Shown here piece after piece: positions 42,334 to 56,725 of a DNA stretch of 64,000 nt. Location of the stretch: contig OX597817.1 in assembly GCA_951406725.2 (NCBI GenBank), positions 151,218,001-151,282,000 of the forward strand. Direction: 5' to 3'. The first letter of the stretch is position 1. Each line of letters starts with the position of its first letter. The position numbers were made by a program, and so were the translations under genes. The DNA is from Octopus vulgaris (Eukaryota). Below the pieces are notes generated by a model that saw only the letters and a list, made by a program, of their open reading frames with translations, was not told the DNA's origin and made no database searches.

Positions 42334-45300
42334 ATATGTTTGTGTGTCTGTTTGTCCCCCTCAACATCGCTTGACAACTGATGCTGGTATGTTTACATCC
42401 CCGTAACTTAGGGGTTCAGCAAAAGAGGCCGATAGCACAAGTACTAGGCTTCCAAAGAATAAGTCCTGAGGTCGATTTGCTCGACTAAAGGCGGTGCTCC
42501 AGCATGGCCACAATCAAATGACTGAAACAAGTAAAAGAGTAAAAGAGAGTAAAGAGTAATGTATTAGACGTTCACAGTTCACACTGCTTGATTTAATTAA
42601 AATTGCTAGCTTAAATTTCTTTTGCTTTAACAAAGAACATACCGTTTGTGTTGGTGTGTAATTATGGTAACTATGTATTTGATTAACGAGCTGTAATGAG
42701 CAACTGTTGGAAAGTATACTTCTAAAAAAAATAAGTGTATTAAGAGAAAGTAAACATGTAAAACATTTTTTTTTTATGATAAAAATATTACCCGAGGTAC
42801 ACATTTGTTCAGGGATGCAATTGTCTGGTACACAGGGATGCAAATGTCCAGTATGCAACTGACCTTCTACCGGTGGGACACACAGCGCTTCTAGAACTCA
42901 ATTTTGCTGATGTGGATAGGTCTTCTCAAGAATCTCATATCACCAGACATCTCGGTCCATTGTCATTTCCTCTGTGAGGCCCAACATCCTGAGATTGGTC
43001 CTTACCACTTCATCCCATGTCTTCCTGGGTCTTCCTCTTCAGCAGGTACCATCCACTTTCAGTGATCAGCATTTTATGCAGCCGTCCTTATTCGTATGCA
43101 TCACGTGTCTTCACCAATGTAGCCTTCTCTCTTGCATGCTACATTTTATTCCTCTTATGCCCAACTTTTTCTCAATACATTTGCACTTTGTCGTACATGC
43201 ACACTGATGTTGCATATCCAACAGAGCATATCCAAATGCATTCTTTTCCCTCCAGTCTATGCATGTCTTCTGTATTCAGAGCCCATGTCTCACTACCATG
43301 AAGTATAGCTGTTTGCACACAAGCATTATACAGTCCACCTTTCACTCTGAGAGAGAGTCCTTTTGCTGCTGACAGAGGTAGTAGCTCTCTGAACTTCCTC
43401 CACTCTAGAAACAATACTTTCAGAGCTAATTTGGTCACCTAGGTAACAGAAACTATCTACAACTTCAAGCGAGCCTCCTGGGCATTTGAGAGAATCTAAG
43501 TCCCATGTACTCTTAGCGCTTATTGTTCCTGCACATCTGCCACATACAAAGACGTCTTTATCTGTTAATCTACCTGTGACTCCACTGCACCTCTTATGTG
43601 TCTATACTTTACATTGGGTGCAGCAAATGGAATTTTTTCAACATGCAAATTTTCATGTAAATACGTTCTTTATACATGTTGTTATTTTTCTGTCTTTCTA
43701 CTCATATATATGTACATGTATTTGAATCTGGAAGGGCATCCAGCCATAGAAACATTGCCAGATCAGACTGGGCTTGGTGCAGCCTTCTGGCCTCCCAGAC
43801 CCCAGTTGAGCCGTCCAACCCATGCTAGCATGGAAAGCGGACGCTAAATGATGATGATGATGATGAAACACAGTTATTTCAAGATATTTCTTTGTGATGT
43901 CAACCTTTGGATTAAATTTAATTCATAAGTCAAAATAATCTCTCCACAGTGTATGATGTAAAATATTTCAAAGAATTAGAGGAACCACAAGAGAATATTT
44001 TGAAATATCTCAGTTGTGTTTACAGATTCAAAATGATTACTTCAGATGAGCTATTGAATTAGCAAAGGCAAAATATCTTTGTTAAAATATTAAATCTACA
44101 ATACACACACACACACACACACACACATGCGTGCGTATGTGCATATCATGTCGCATCATTATCATTCAATGTCCATGTTCTGTGATGGCATGGGTTCGAT
44201 GATTTGACAGGATCTAATGGGTCCAAGGACTACTTAGTGCTCCAGTATCTACTTTGACAAGGTTTCTATGACTTGGCGCCCTTCCTAATGACAACCACTT
44301 TACAATGTTTTTTGTTGTGTGTCACTGACACTATTGAGGTTGCCTTGTAGCTCACACATCTACAAAACCCAAGGAGTGGGGAGTGTGTCTTTATGTTAGA
44401 TGTTCCCTTCTTGGGACACAAAACTCTACTTGTGAAGACGTGTTGAGGCAAGTGAGGATCAGAATCGAAATCGATCAATGGAAATTGCGGATGTGTTACC
44501 AGTGCCGGTGGCATGTCGAAACTCTACTTGTGAAGACCCGTTGAGGCAAGTGAGGATCAGAATCGAAATCGATCAATGGAAATCGATCAATGGAAATTGC
44601 AGATGTGTTACCAGTGCCGGTGGCATGTAAGAGAACTTTCCGTTTTACGACCGTTGCCAGCACCGCCCCGTTTCGTGTCCGTTGCCAGCCTCGCCTGGCC
44701 CTCGTGCCGGTGGCACATAAAAAGCACCATCCGTTCGTGGCCGTTTGCCAGCTCTGTCTGGCACCAGTGCGGGTGGCACGTAAAAAGCACCCACTACACT
44801 CACGGAGTGGTTGGCGTTAGGAAGGGCATCCAGCCGTAGAAACACTGCCAGATTTGACTGGGCCTGATGAAGCCTTCTGGCTTCACAGACCCCAGTAGTA
44901 CCGTCCAACCCATGCTAGCATGGAAAACGGACGCTAAACGATGATGATGATGATGAAGGGTGGGTAAAGTATTTGAGAAAAGGTTTAATTAGAGCAGGTA
45001 CTTGTAGGGGAGCTACATGGCTACTTGCATTTAGAAGAGAGAATGACAATAAATTGGTGGTATCTCCAATGAGATTCATAGTGGTGATGGGGTGTCCAGG
45101 TGGAACCTCAGGGTATGGGGATGAGTAGTAATGAATGGGAGAGAGAAGCTTGGAGTGTGTGTGAGTAGGGGTTTGTAAGAGTGTATGGTGGGGGAAGAGA
45201 TAGGGAAATGGGATAGTGGGAGGTGAGCAACATCTATACAGATTGGATAGGGTTGAAGGGCGAATGGAGGGAGTGAGGGATACAAGGGTGGGAGATGGCC

Positions 45301-45507
45301 ATTGGTGCACAAGTCAGGGAAGGGAGAAGGATCTTAGCAGTAGGCACAGAAGTGGCTGTGTGGTAAGTAGCTTACTTACCAACCACATGGTTCCAGGTTC
45401 ATTCCCACTGTGTGGCACCTTGGGCAAGTGTTTTCTACTGTAGAATTGGGCCGACCAAAGCCTTGTGAGTGGATTTTGTAGACGGAAACTGAAAGAAGCC
45501 TGTCATA

Positions 45508-45585
<78 letters not shown>

Positions 45586-47439
45586 TGTATGTATGTATGT
45601 ATGTATGTATGTATATGTATGTATGTATGTATGTATATGTATGTATGTATGTATGTATATGTATGTATGTATGTATGTATATATATGTATGTATGTGTGT
45701 GTGTATGTTTGGGTGTCTGTTTGACCCCCTCAACATCACTTGACAACCGGTGGTGGTGTGTTTACATCCCCGTAACTTAGCAGTTCGGCAAAAGAGACCG
45801 ATAAAATAAGTACTAGGCTTCCGAAGAATAAGTCCTGGCGTTGATTTGCTCAACTAAAGTTGGTGCTCCAGTATGGCCACAGTCAAATGACTGAAACAAG
45901 TAAAAAAGTAGGATAATGATGATGCAGTTGATGGTAGGAGGAGGGAGATGACCTCTTTGAATACGCTGTTGTTATTTAATGAGAAATGGTTGTTGTTGAC
46001 GTCTATAGTAAGTGAGCTTTGATGGAACAAATTTACAAAGGCTTTCCAGCATTTTATTGGAAGTATCTTGGATGACATTATTTAATGTGCCCCGACGGCC
46101 TGCTGTGCTAACCTTGGATCGTAGGGCGACCTGCTGTGCTTGAGGAGACCTATTGAGTCAAGTACATCAAAATAAAAATCAAATGGAAATTGTGGTTGTG
46201 ATACCTATGCTGGTGGCAAGTAAAAAGCACCATCCGAACGCGGCCGATGCCAGCGCTGCATTGACTGGCTTCTGTGCTGGTGGCATGTAAAAAGCACCAA
46301 CTGATCGTGGCCGTTGCCAGCCTCCCCTGGCACCTGTGCCGGTGGCACGTAAAAAGCACCCACTACATTCACGGAGTGGTTGGCATTAGGAAGGGCATCC
46401 AGCTGTAGAAACACTGCCAGATCAAACAGGAGCCTGGTGCAGCGTGCTGGCTTCCCAGACCCCGGTTGAACTGTCCAACCCATGCTAGCATGGAAAAATG
46501 GACATTGAACGATGATGATGATGTAGTAAAGTGTAATTCAAAGTTTCAGTTGCTATTCCTAGTTTTTGAGCAACCACATACAGACTTCTCCATTGTGCAT
46601 TGGTTGCACATCCTCCTATTTCATAATTCTTGATCTTTCCACAATTGGTATAACTGTCTTCATACATTCTTTATATTTTGAATTGGCTGTAGGCTCTTGT
46701 CAAATTTTCAGATTAAGTTTGTATTACGACGTGAAAATGGAACTCATTGATCAGATATGAATATTATTTTATTGTAGAACATTAATCTGTATGCTGACAT
46801 TAATGGTAAACCAGTTCCTGCTACGAAAACCACTATAGCTAACCAATATCAGGTAAATTATCTATTTTTTTGTAAATATTCATGTCTAGCTCATCGCATG
46901 TTTGATGCTTGACTTTTTTATTGAGTGATACTGAAATTAGCATCAATTAATTTTGTTTAGGAAAGTAGAAATCAAAATATTATTGTTAGCTCTTAACTTT
47001 GTGCCATTATGTAAATGAGCTGTTTACATTTTGATAAGGAACCTTCTATTTATTATCTTCAACAGATGAAGGTTGAGTGAATCCTGATGAATTGTTAAAC
47101 ATCAACAAAACTAGCTAATTTTGGTCCTCATCCCAAGCTACCAAATAAAGACCCTCATGGGCCAAATTTCTGTGACACTAATATTATATGAATGAGACTC
47201 TATACTTGTTTATTGATAACTGACACTGTATTGCTACTCAAATAATGTATGCACTGTAGCATTTAGTTTCTTCCCTTTAGTTTTAAACCTTATCATGGTT
47301 CATTTTTTTTAGCATGTTCCTCCTGGGAGCAGGTAGGAAAATAAATATCAATAATAATCTAGATCAGATCCAATCAATTATACATTATCATTTAGGTGAT
47401 GTAAAGGTGGGTTTTTGTTTCATGGAGCAAGAGTTGAGA

Positions 47440-47485
<46 letters not shown>

Positions 47486-49237
47486 ATGCATGTGTGTTTT
47501 TGTTAGAAGACAGAGAGTGACAAAAAGAGAGAGAGAGAGACTAGGAAGAGTGCTGCGTTTTAACTCTTTAGCATTTAAACTGGCCATATCCACCCCAAAA
47601 ATTCCAAACAGTCTATGTTCAAACTGGCCAAATGATGCCTCTCACACCTAGCCTGTAATGTCATTCAAAATATAAGCAGTCACATCCTTGAAATCTCAAA
47701 GCTACAAAGTAATACATGTTGAATTTTAGAATATGTGAATAAATAAGCATTACATTTGACAAAGTAATCTGAATGCTAAAGAGTTAAGGAGCAAAAAACC
47801 CTGATTGAGATAGTTTCAGATAACACAGGGTACAATTGGGTCTTTTTTTACTACTGTTTTTCTTCTTCATAGGTAACATTTAGTGACAGTCATAGCCAGC
47901 TTCCAGCAGGTACATATGTGGCTAAATTCTATGATGAAGAAGGTTACTCTGCTCTCAGAAAGGTAAATGAAATATTTTCATATTTAAAAGTTTAGTCTTT
48001 GTCATTGTGTTTCTCGTTTTTCCTTCCTCTAAAATAATACTGTATATATTTTGAAATATATTTTGTTTAATGTGCGCCACTAATTTTGGATCTCAAAATC
48101 ATGCAAAAAGCATTTTATGTATAATATGCATTGACTTGTGCTTGAGGAGACCTATTGAGTCAAGTACATCAAAATAAAAATCAAATGGAAATTGTAGCTG
48201 TGATACCCATGCTGTTGGCACGTAAAAAGCACCATCTGAATGCCAGCGCCGCCTTGACTGGCTTTCGTGCTGGTGGCACGTAAAAAGCACCAACCAATCA
48301 TGGCCGTTGCCAGCCTCCCCTGGAACCTGTGCCAGTAGCATGTAAAATGCACCCTCTACACTCACGGAGTGCTTGTTGTTAGAAAGGGCATCCAGCTGTA
48401 GAAACCTTGCCAGATCATATTGGAGCCTGGTGCAGCCTGCTGGCTTGCCAGTCCTCGGTCAAACCATCCAACCCATGCTAGCGTGGGCTGCCAGCATGAA
48501 AAATGGACGTTAAATGATGATGATAATGAAAGGCCTAACAATTTTTAGAAAATCGTAGAAATTATGGAATTACAAAATAAGTTTGCTTTACTAAAAGGGT
48601 GAAGAGAATTCATAAATGGAAACAAAGAGAACAACTGATTTATGAATTTTGAAAATTAAAACTCATCTGTATTGATGCTAGAAATACGCACTCTAGCAAT
48701 AAGTGAATTGATATAAATTCTGAATAAGTAAGCAGCTCTTGGTTATGAGCAAGTGAATGGTGTGGGGAGTTTTAGAACTTATTGAAAGATGTATCTGAGA
48801 AAGTGTTGTAAATTACCAGAAATTTATGAAAATCATGGAAAATCTTTGGAAAAATGACAGAGTAAAAGGAAATGTCTATTATTTGATATTTGAACCAAAA
48901 TATATTTTAAGTAAACCATGCCCGTGATTTCTTTTATTTGGTATTATTCAGGCTCAGAGAAATAATGAGGACATTGAGAGTATTAAACCAATCTTCACCA
49001 TTGATATTGACCATCGTGTAAGTATAATTTAATACTCTTTTACTTGTTTCAGTCATTTGACTGTGGCCATGCTGGAGCACCGCCTTTAGTTGAGCAAACC
49101 CACTCCAGGACATATTCTTTGTAAGCCTAGTACTTATACTATCGGTCTCTTTTGCTGAACAGCTAAGTTATGGGGACGTAAACACACCAGCAATGGTTGT
49201 CAAGTAATGTTGGATGGGGGACAAAACAGACACACAC

Positions 49238-49333
<96 letters not shown>

Positions 49334-52300
49334 GTACACGACAGGCTTCTTTTAGTTTTCGTCTACCAAATCCACTCACAAAGCTTTGGTCGGCCCGAAG
49401 CTATAGTAGAAGACACTTGCCCAAGGTGTCATGCAGTGGAACTGAACCTGGAACCATGTGGTTCGTAAGCAAGCTACTTACCATACAGCCACTCCTGCGC
49501 CTATTACATATAAAACATACAAATATTCATATACAGTTTTATATGTGTCTCGTTGATGGAAGATTAAAAAAATTTATTGAATAAGCTGTGGTCTGCAACT
49601 TGTTGAGGAGGAGAGTAACTCTGAATAAGAACCAACTCAGACTGTGATGATCAGTCAAAATTACGATTGAAAAGAGGACAAAAAGAAATGATGATAATCT
49701 TCTCAAATGATGAGGTAAAATCTGACATGGGGAAAGATAGGCCTTGAGAGATTGTAGAGATACTGAGTATAAGAGGTAAGATGGAATGGAGCCTCAGCTA
49801 GCCTCTTCAGAAAGCAATGCATACACAAATTCTTCCAGATGGTATCAGTGCTGAAGTGAGTGGAGTAAACTTTTTTTTTTTTTTTATGTAGAGAAAATTG
49901 GACAAAGTAATTGAGGTAGTGAAAGTATGTGATTAATTGTTGGCAAATGATGGACAACACAACAGCATCTTTTTTTTATCTCTCTACATTTTATGATGAT
50001 CAGGACTGGCAGGCAAGCAAAAGGACCATGTTTGTGTGTGTCCCTCTTGTAGACTACATCATCATCATCGTTTAATGTCCGCTTTCCATGCCAGCATGGG
50101 TTGGACGAATTTGACTGAGGGCTGGTGAACCAGATGGTTGTACCATGCTCCAATCTTGATTTGGCAGAGTTTCTACAGTTGGATGCCCTTCCTAACACCA
50201 ACCACTCTGAGAGTGTACCTTATAAATTACAGTGACCTTGTTATCACTGCTGATGACTTTGATGGACATGATGGGCAACACCATGATGGCTATTCCAGGC
50301 AGACACGAAAGCCAAATAGACTTCATACTACTTGGGAAAGAGAATATGTTACTAGTTGCAAATATTGGATAGAAACGTTAACGCACCGAGTGAAATGCTT
50401 AGTGGTATTTCGTCTGCCACTACGTTCTGAGTTCAAATTCTGCCGAGGTCGACTTTGCTTTTCATCCTTTCGGGGTCGATTAAATAAGTACCAGTTATGC
50501 ACTTGGGTCGATATAATCGACTTAATCCATTTGTCTGTCCTTGTTTGTCCCCTTTGTGTTTAGTCGCTTGTGGGTAGTAAGGAAGTAGATATTTCATCTG
50601 CCGCTACATTCTGAGTTCAAATCTGCCGAGGTCGACTTTGCCTTTCATTCTTTCAGGGTTGATTAAATAAGTACCAGTTATGCACTGGGGTCGATGTAAT
50701 TGACTTAATCCATTTGTCTGTCCTTGTTTGTCCCCTCTGTGTTTAGCCCCTTGTGGGTAGTAAAAAAATAGGTATTTCGTCTGCCGCTACATTCTGAGTT
50801 TAAATTCTGCCGAGGTCGACTTTGCCTTTCATTCTTTTGGGGTCGATTAAATAAGTACCAGTTACGCACTGGGGTCGATATAATCGACTTAATCCGTTTG
50901 TCTGTCCTTGTTTGTCCTCTCTGTGTTTAGCCCCTTGTGGGTAGTAAAGAAATAGGATATTTTCCCAATGAAGAACAAACATATCACTCAACACAGACTG
51001 GGGATCAATTAACTTATCGGAGCAAGATGAATTTAGGGATGCAAGATAATCTGAAGGAGGAAGGTATGGAAGCTGAGATTCCCTTGATTGGATGTAGATA
51101 CAAATAAGTGTATGAGGAAAAGAAAGAGTAAATAAATAGAGAGTTACAACAGGGTAACTAGGAGTGGACAAAAATGCAGGGAGACTATTACTTCTAAGAT
51201 AAGGAGATTCTCTGCTAGTGAAAGGCAGATTGTATCTTTGTGTAAGATGTTTTGTGGTGTACAGTAGGGAAACACAAACACTGAAGGTAGATGTGTGAAG
51301 GCTTGAAAATTATGAAGGAAAAAATGCTCTACAAGCTGTGTGATGTTAATGTAATGACAATGGTAGAACATAATTAAACTGAGTAAAATGGAGTATAAGA
51401 GAAATCAGATGTAGTACTGTATGAAGAAAGATTGAACTGTCCTGGACATGTGAATGTCTGGAGAATAGCATGTGAGTAAAGAAGAGTCGAGGGGGGTCTA
51501 AGTGGAAGGAACCTGCAGAAGAGAAAGAGTGAGGAAAGTCATGGGAAGAAGAGGTTGATACTGGTCCCAAGAAGGATCAGATGACGAAGATGACAATGGT
51601 CCACATCAGCCAAAATTCATGTAAGCTTTAGAAAAGTGGGTGTAAAATCATGAAGATGTCTTATGTATTGTTCAAGGGGAAATAAAATTCTGTAAATTGA
51701 AAGGAAACGTTTAGTTGATATTTTTTTGCTATTGTATAAGTAAAGTTTCACGAGTGTAAAAATTTGAATCCATGTTAACATTCAGAAATTATGATCTTGC
51801 TTTGTAATTGTAAACGTTAAAGAAGCCTCGAGTTATTTCCCTTGAATAGATATGTACGTTTATCAGTTAACTAGCAGTATCGCCCGGCAGTTTCGACCCT
51901 TTAGAATTGGAATTTTTGAAAAGTAAAAATTTTGCATTATGTAGCTTGTTATTCTCTCTAAGTGAACATTTTTCTGGTTGAAATACACCGAAAGGTGGCG
52001 ACACAGCAGTAAAAAAATCGTAAAAAATAGGGATTTTCATAGAAAAAAAGCACCTTTTTGATGTAAATAATTTTTGCTGTTACCATGGTCCGATTTGAAT
52101 TTATTCTTCTACAGAAGGAAGAGCAAGCCTTCTTCTATCATTCTCTCAATTTTGGTCAACTTGCGCCGCAGGGTCTTGGAGGAGATAGTGTTAGTTGAAC
52201 GCTGCCAATCCTGCCATACACTGACAACTTCAGCTTTATATATATATAGAGATTTGGTCGCACAGTAATAAAACTTCATCATCATTTAACGTCCGCTTTC

Positions 52301-54620
52301 TCAGCTGGCATGGGTTGGAGTGCTTGACAGGAGCTGGCAAGGCCAGAAGCTGCTCTGGGTTCTATTGTCTGTTTTGGCTTGATTTCTACTGCTGGATATC
52401 CTTAATGCCAACCACTTTGCAGAGTGTACTGGTGCTTTTTACATGGTACCATCATCAGTGCCTTTTACTTTTATAGGGGACCAGCAGCAGTGCTTTTCAC
52501 AGTACTTATGAGCTTAGTATATAAAATACAGTTCTGTATGTAAGAAATTTCTGTTGTGAAAATGACAACATTTTCTTCTTGATTTCTCTAGTTTATATTT
52601 CTCTATTTAAGAGAAAATAAAAGATTAAACTGATTTTTACAATTACAGTCAAAACATGGCTTTGAAGTATGCACTTTTATATACAATGTATTAAAAAAGA
52701 TTTGTTTTCGGTCAACCTGATGGCAGAACTCTTCCTGTTCCAATAGGTCAGGATAGACTGATTTGATCTGCATTACTAGAAGCAGTAATAGGTATACGGT
52801 ATGTTCTTGTGTACATGTTTGGTATTTACACTGACACAACACACACACTGTGACACAAATGGTTCCACTATGTTGAGGACCATTTAAAGATACCGTAAAT
52901 CCTCGAGTATAGTCTGCCCTTGAGTATAATACGCAGGGGGCTATACCTCTGAAAAACCTAAACCTTGTATATAATACGTACCCCTTCTCTAACTTGAGTC
53001 AAGGAGGTCTATATAACATCCTTGGTTTGTAAAAATGTATATGGTAACGTCCTTTATTATTATTGTATATATAACATAATGCAAACATGTAGCTTTTTTG
53101 TGCATTTTGTTTGCAGAAAATAAAGAAATAACAGTAATAATGTTTAATAAATGTTGCTTACTGCAAGTTATGGATGATTTAAGGTATTTTCGCACCTGAC
53201 ATCACAAAATGTGTGTGAATAAACATTTCCGGACAGCAAATAGAGACTCGGAAATTGCTTAGAAAATAATTTTCATTTTTAACCTCATATATAGTATGCA
53301 CTAGGGATTTTGACCGTTAAATTTTGGGAAAAAAAAATGCGGATTGTACTCGAGGATTTATGGTATTTGTAGAAGTAGCGATGTCTGCCAGAATGTGTGT
53401 GTGTGTGTGTATTTGCGGATATATGTGCTTTAATTGTACAAGGTATGGGTATATATTTGTGTCATTAAGCAGTTTGGTGTTTAGTGAACAAATTCCAAAG
53501 CAAGTAGCATTTTTCACCTGGAACTACAATGCAAAAAGCAAAGGAGTCGTGGAGTTGGCAGTGAAGTATATGTTGCTGTGGATGGATGTATTTATTGTTC
53601 TGATAATTCCGGGTGTATGTATTTACATGTATTACTATGTCCATGTAAGTGCCTCTGTGTGAGTGCTTGCTTCTTGATGTGTGTGTGTGTGTGAGTGGCT
53701 GTGTGGTAAGAAGTTTGCTTTGCAGCCATATGGTTCCGAGTTCAGTCCCATTGTGTAGTACCTTAGGCAAATGTCTTTTACTATAGCCTTGGGCCAACCA
53801 AAGCTTGTGAGTGGATTTGGTTGATGTAAACTGAAACAAGCCTGTTGTGTGTGTATGTATATATATATATATATATATATATGTATTATAAGCACAGGAG
53901 TGGCTGTTTGGTAATTAGCTTGCTTACCAACTACATGGTTCCGGGTTCAGTCCCACTGTGTGGCACCTTGGGCAAATGTCTTCTACTATAGCCTCGGGCC
54001 AACCAAAGCCATGTGAGTGTATTTGGTAGATGGAAACTGAAAGAAGCCCATTGTGTATGCATATATATATATATATATATGTTTGTGTGTCTGTGTTTGT
54101 TCCCCCACCATCGCTTGACAACCGATGCTGGTGTGTTTATGTCCCTGTAACTTAGCAGTTCAGCAAAACATACTGATAGAATAAGTACTAGGCTTACAAA
54201 GAATAAGTCCTGGGGGGCGGTTTGCTCACCTAAAAGGCAGTGCTCCTGCATGGCCGCAATCAAATGAGAAACCAGTAAAAGAATAAAAGGAGAAAAGAAT
54301 GTAAATAACAAGGGTGGATTGTTAGCAATTTTTCGACCGAAAGGCAAAAGTACTAAGCTACGCTTAGGGAGCTCGCTTCCCCTGTCAGTAAATAAGAAGG
54401 TGTGTTATTGTGGCTATGTGTTGTTTTGACTCTTATTTCTAGCGATACAGGTACTGAATAATGCCCTCAATCGCTTTAGTGACGTATATATGATATGTGT
54501 GTGTGTGTGTGTTTGTCCCACTGCGTGGCACCTTGGGCAAGTGTCTTCTACTATAGCCTCGGGACGACCAAAGCCATGTGAGTGGATTTGGTAGATGGAA
54601 ACTGAAAGAAGCCCGTCCTA

Positions 54621-54675
<55 letters not shown>

Positions 54676-56640
54676 CTGCTTAAGAACCTGTGTTGGTTTG
54701 TTTACATCCCCATAACTTGGCAGTTCAGCAAAAGAGACCAATAGAATACATACTGGGCTTAAAAAAGAAGTACTGGGGTTTGATTCATTCGACTAAAAAT
54801 TCTTCAAGGCAGTGCCCCAGCATGGCCACAGTCTAATGACTGAAACAAGAAAAATAAGAGACAAATGTTTGTGATTGGAGGAAAGGACTTGATAGTATGT
54901 GTGTGTGTGTGTATGTATATTCCTTAGAAATGCATGTACTGTGCAGTTAGAGATGTATATGTGTAGAAGTAGTTTTGCATGTATATATATGTGTGTACTT
55001 CTTAACATACGTGCTTGTGAGTAGGTTAATGTATTGTTGGGTCGACTGTGGCAAGCTGGCAGAATTGTCAGCATGCCGAGTGAAATGCTTAGCAGTATTT
55101 TGTCTGCTGTTACGTTTTGAGTTCAAATTCTGCCAAGGTCGACTTTGCCTTTCATCCTTTCGGGGTCGATAAATTAAGTACCAGTTATGCACTGGGGTCG
55201 ATGTAATTGACTTAATCCCTTTGTCCTTGTTTGTCCCCTCTATGTTTAGCCCCTTGTGGGCAATAAAGAAATAAGAATTGTTAGCACATCATGCAAAAAT
55301 GCTTAACAGTGCTTCGTCTGCTGTTACATTCTGAGTTCAAATTCCGCCGAGGTCGGTTTTTGCCTGTCATCCTTTCACGGTCGATAAAATAAGTGCCAGT
55401 TACACACTGGGGTCGATGTAATCAACTATCCTCCCCATCCCCCAAATTTCAGACCGTGTGCCTATAGTAGAAAGGATTCTAATGTATTGTTGGGTCAAAA
55501 GGAGTGGCTGTGTGGTACTTATGCTTGCTTACCAACCTCATGGTTCCGGGTTCAGTCCCACTACATGACACCTTGGGCAAGTGTCTTCTACTATAGATTC
55601 GAGCCGACCAAAGCCCGTCGTATATATGTATGTGAATGTGTATATGTTTGTCCCCCCCCAACATTGCTTGACAACTGATGCTGGTGTGTTTACGTCTCCG
55701 TAACTTAGCAGTTTGGCAAAAGAGACCACTAGAATAAGTACTAGGCTTGCAAAGAATAAGTCCTGGGGTCGATTTGCTAGTCTAAAGGCGGTGCTCCAGC
55801 ATGGCCACAGTCAAATGACTGAAACTAGTAATAGAGTAAAGATTGGAAGTGTGTGTGTGTGTGTATATTGTGTACAGAGCATGAATTTTTTTCCAGTCAA
55901 TTTCATTTAGGTTTTTGATTTGCACATAGTAGCACGGTCATGTGTGTGTGTGTGTGTGTGTGGTTTTATGTTGCTTTTGTTATGTTTCTCCTAAAAGGAA
56001 ACTGGTTGAGGTGTTAGCTGGTTGACATGTTAGTGAAGGTATTGTTTATAGGTTTGTGTGAGGTGAGGGGGAATATTTCATGTGTGTGTGTGTGTGTGAG
56101 GTGGGGAGGGAGAATGTAGTATTTGTGTGTGTGTGGTTGAAGTAAGCATAAGATGTGCAGAAAGTATGCATTTGTCTTGACCGTGGACGTACTTGTGTAT
56201 GTGTATTTATCTTTGACTTGTTTCAGTCATTGGGCTGTGGTCATACTGGGGCACCACCTTAACCCTTTTGTTACTGTATTTATTTTGAGATGTTCTGTGT
56301 TTCTTTCAATTATTTTAAATATAACAAAGAACTTAATAAAATAACTTCGTTATCATTAAGCTAGTGTTGGGAATATAAATTGGGATTAAGGTTTGGTGGA
56401 AGATTTTAATTCAGAACTTATGAAAACAAGACTTTTGTACTACAGAGCCAGATTCAGCCGGGTTGGTAACGAAAGGGTTAAAGGATTTTTAATTAAACAA
56501 GTCAACCCCAGTATCGTTTTTTTAAAAACTTGGTACTTTCTCTCTCTGCTGTACCGCCAACTTACAGGGATGGAAACAAACCAACCCCAGTTAAGAAGTG
56601 GTGGGAGACAAATGCAAATACACACACATGGATATGTACA

Positions 56641-56725
<85 letters not shown>

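Noticed and set aside
47871-47878. AG|GTAACA resembling a recursive splice site
   Set aside because: The GTA is the Val codon starting exon 4; fully explained by coding sequence.
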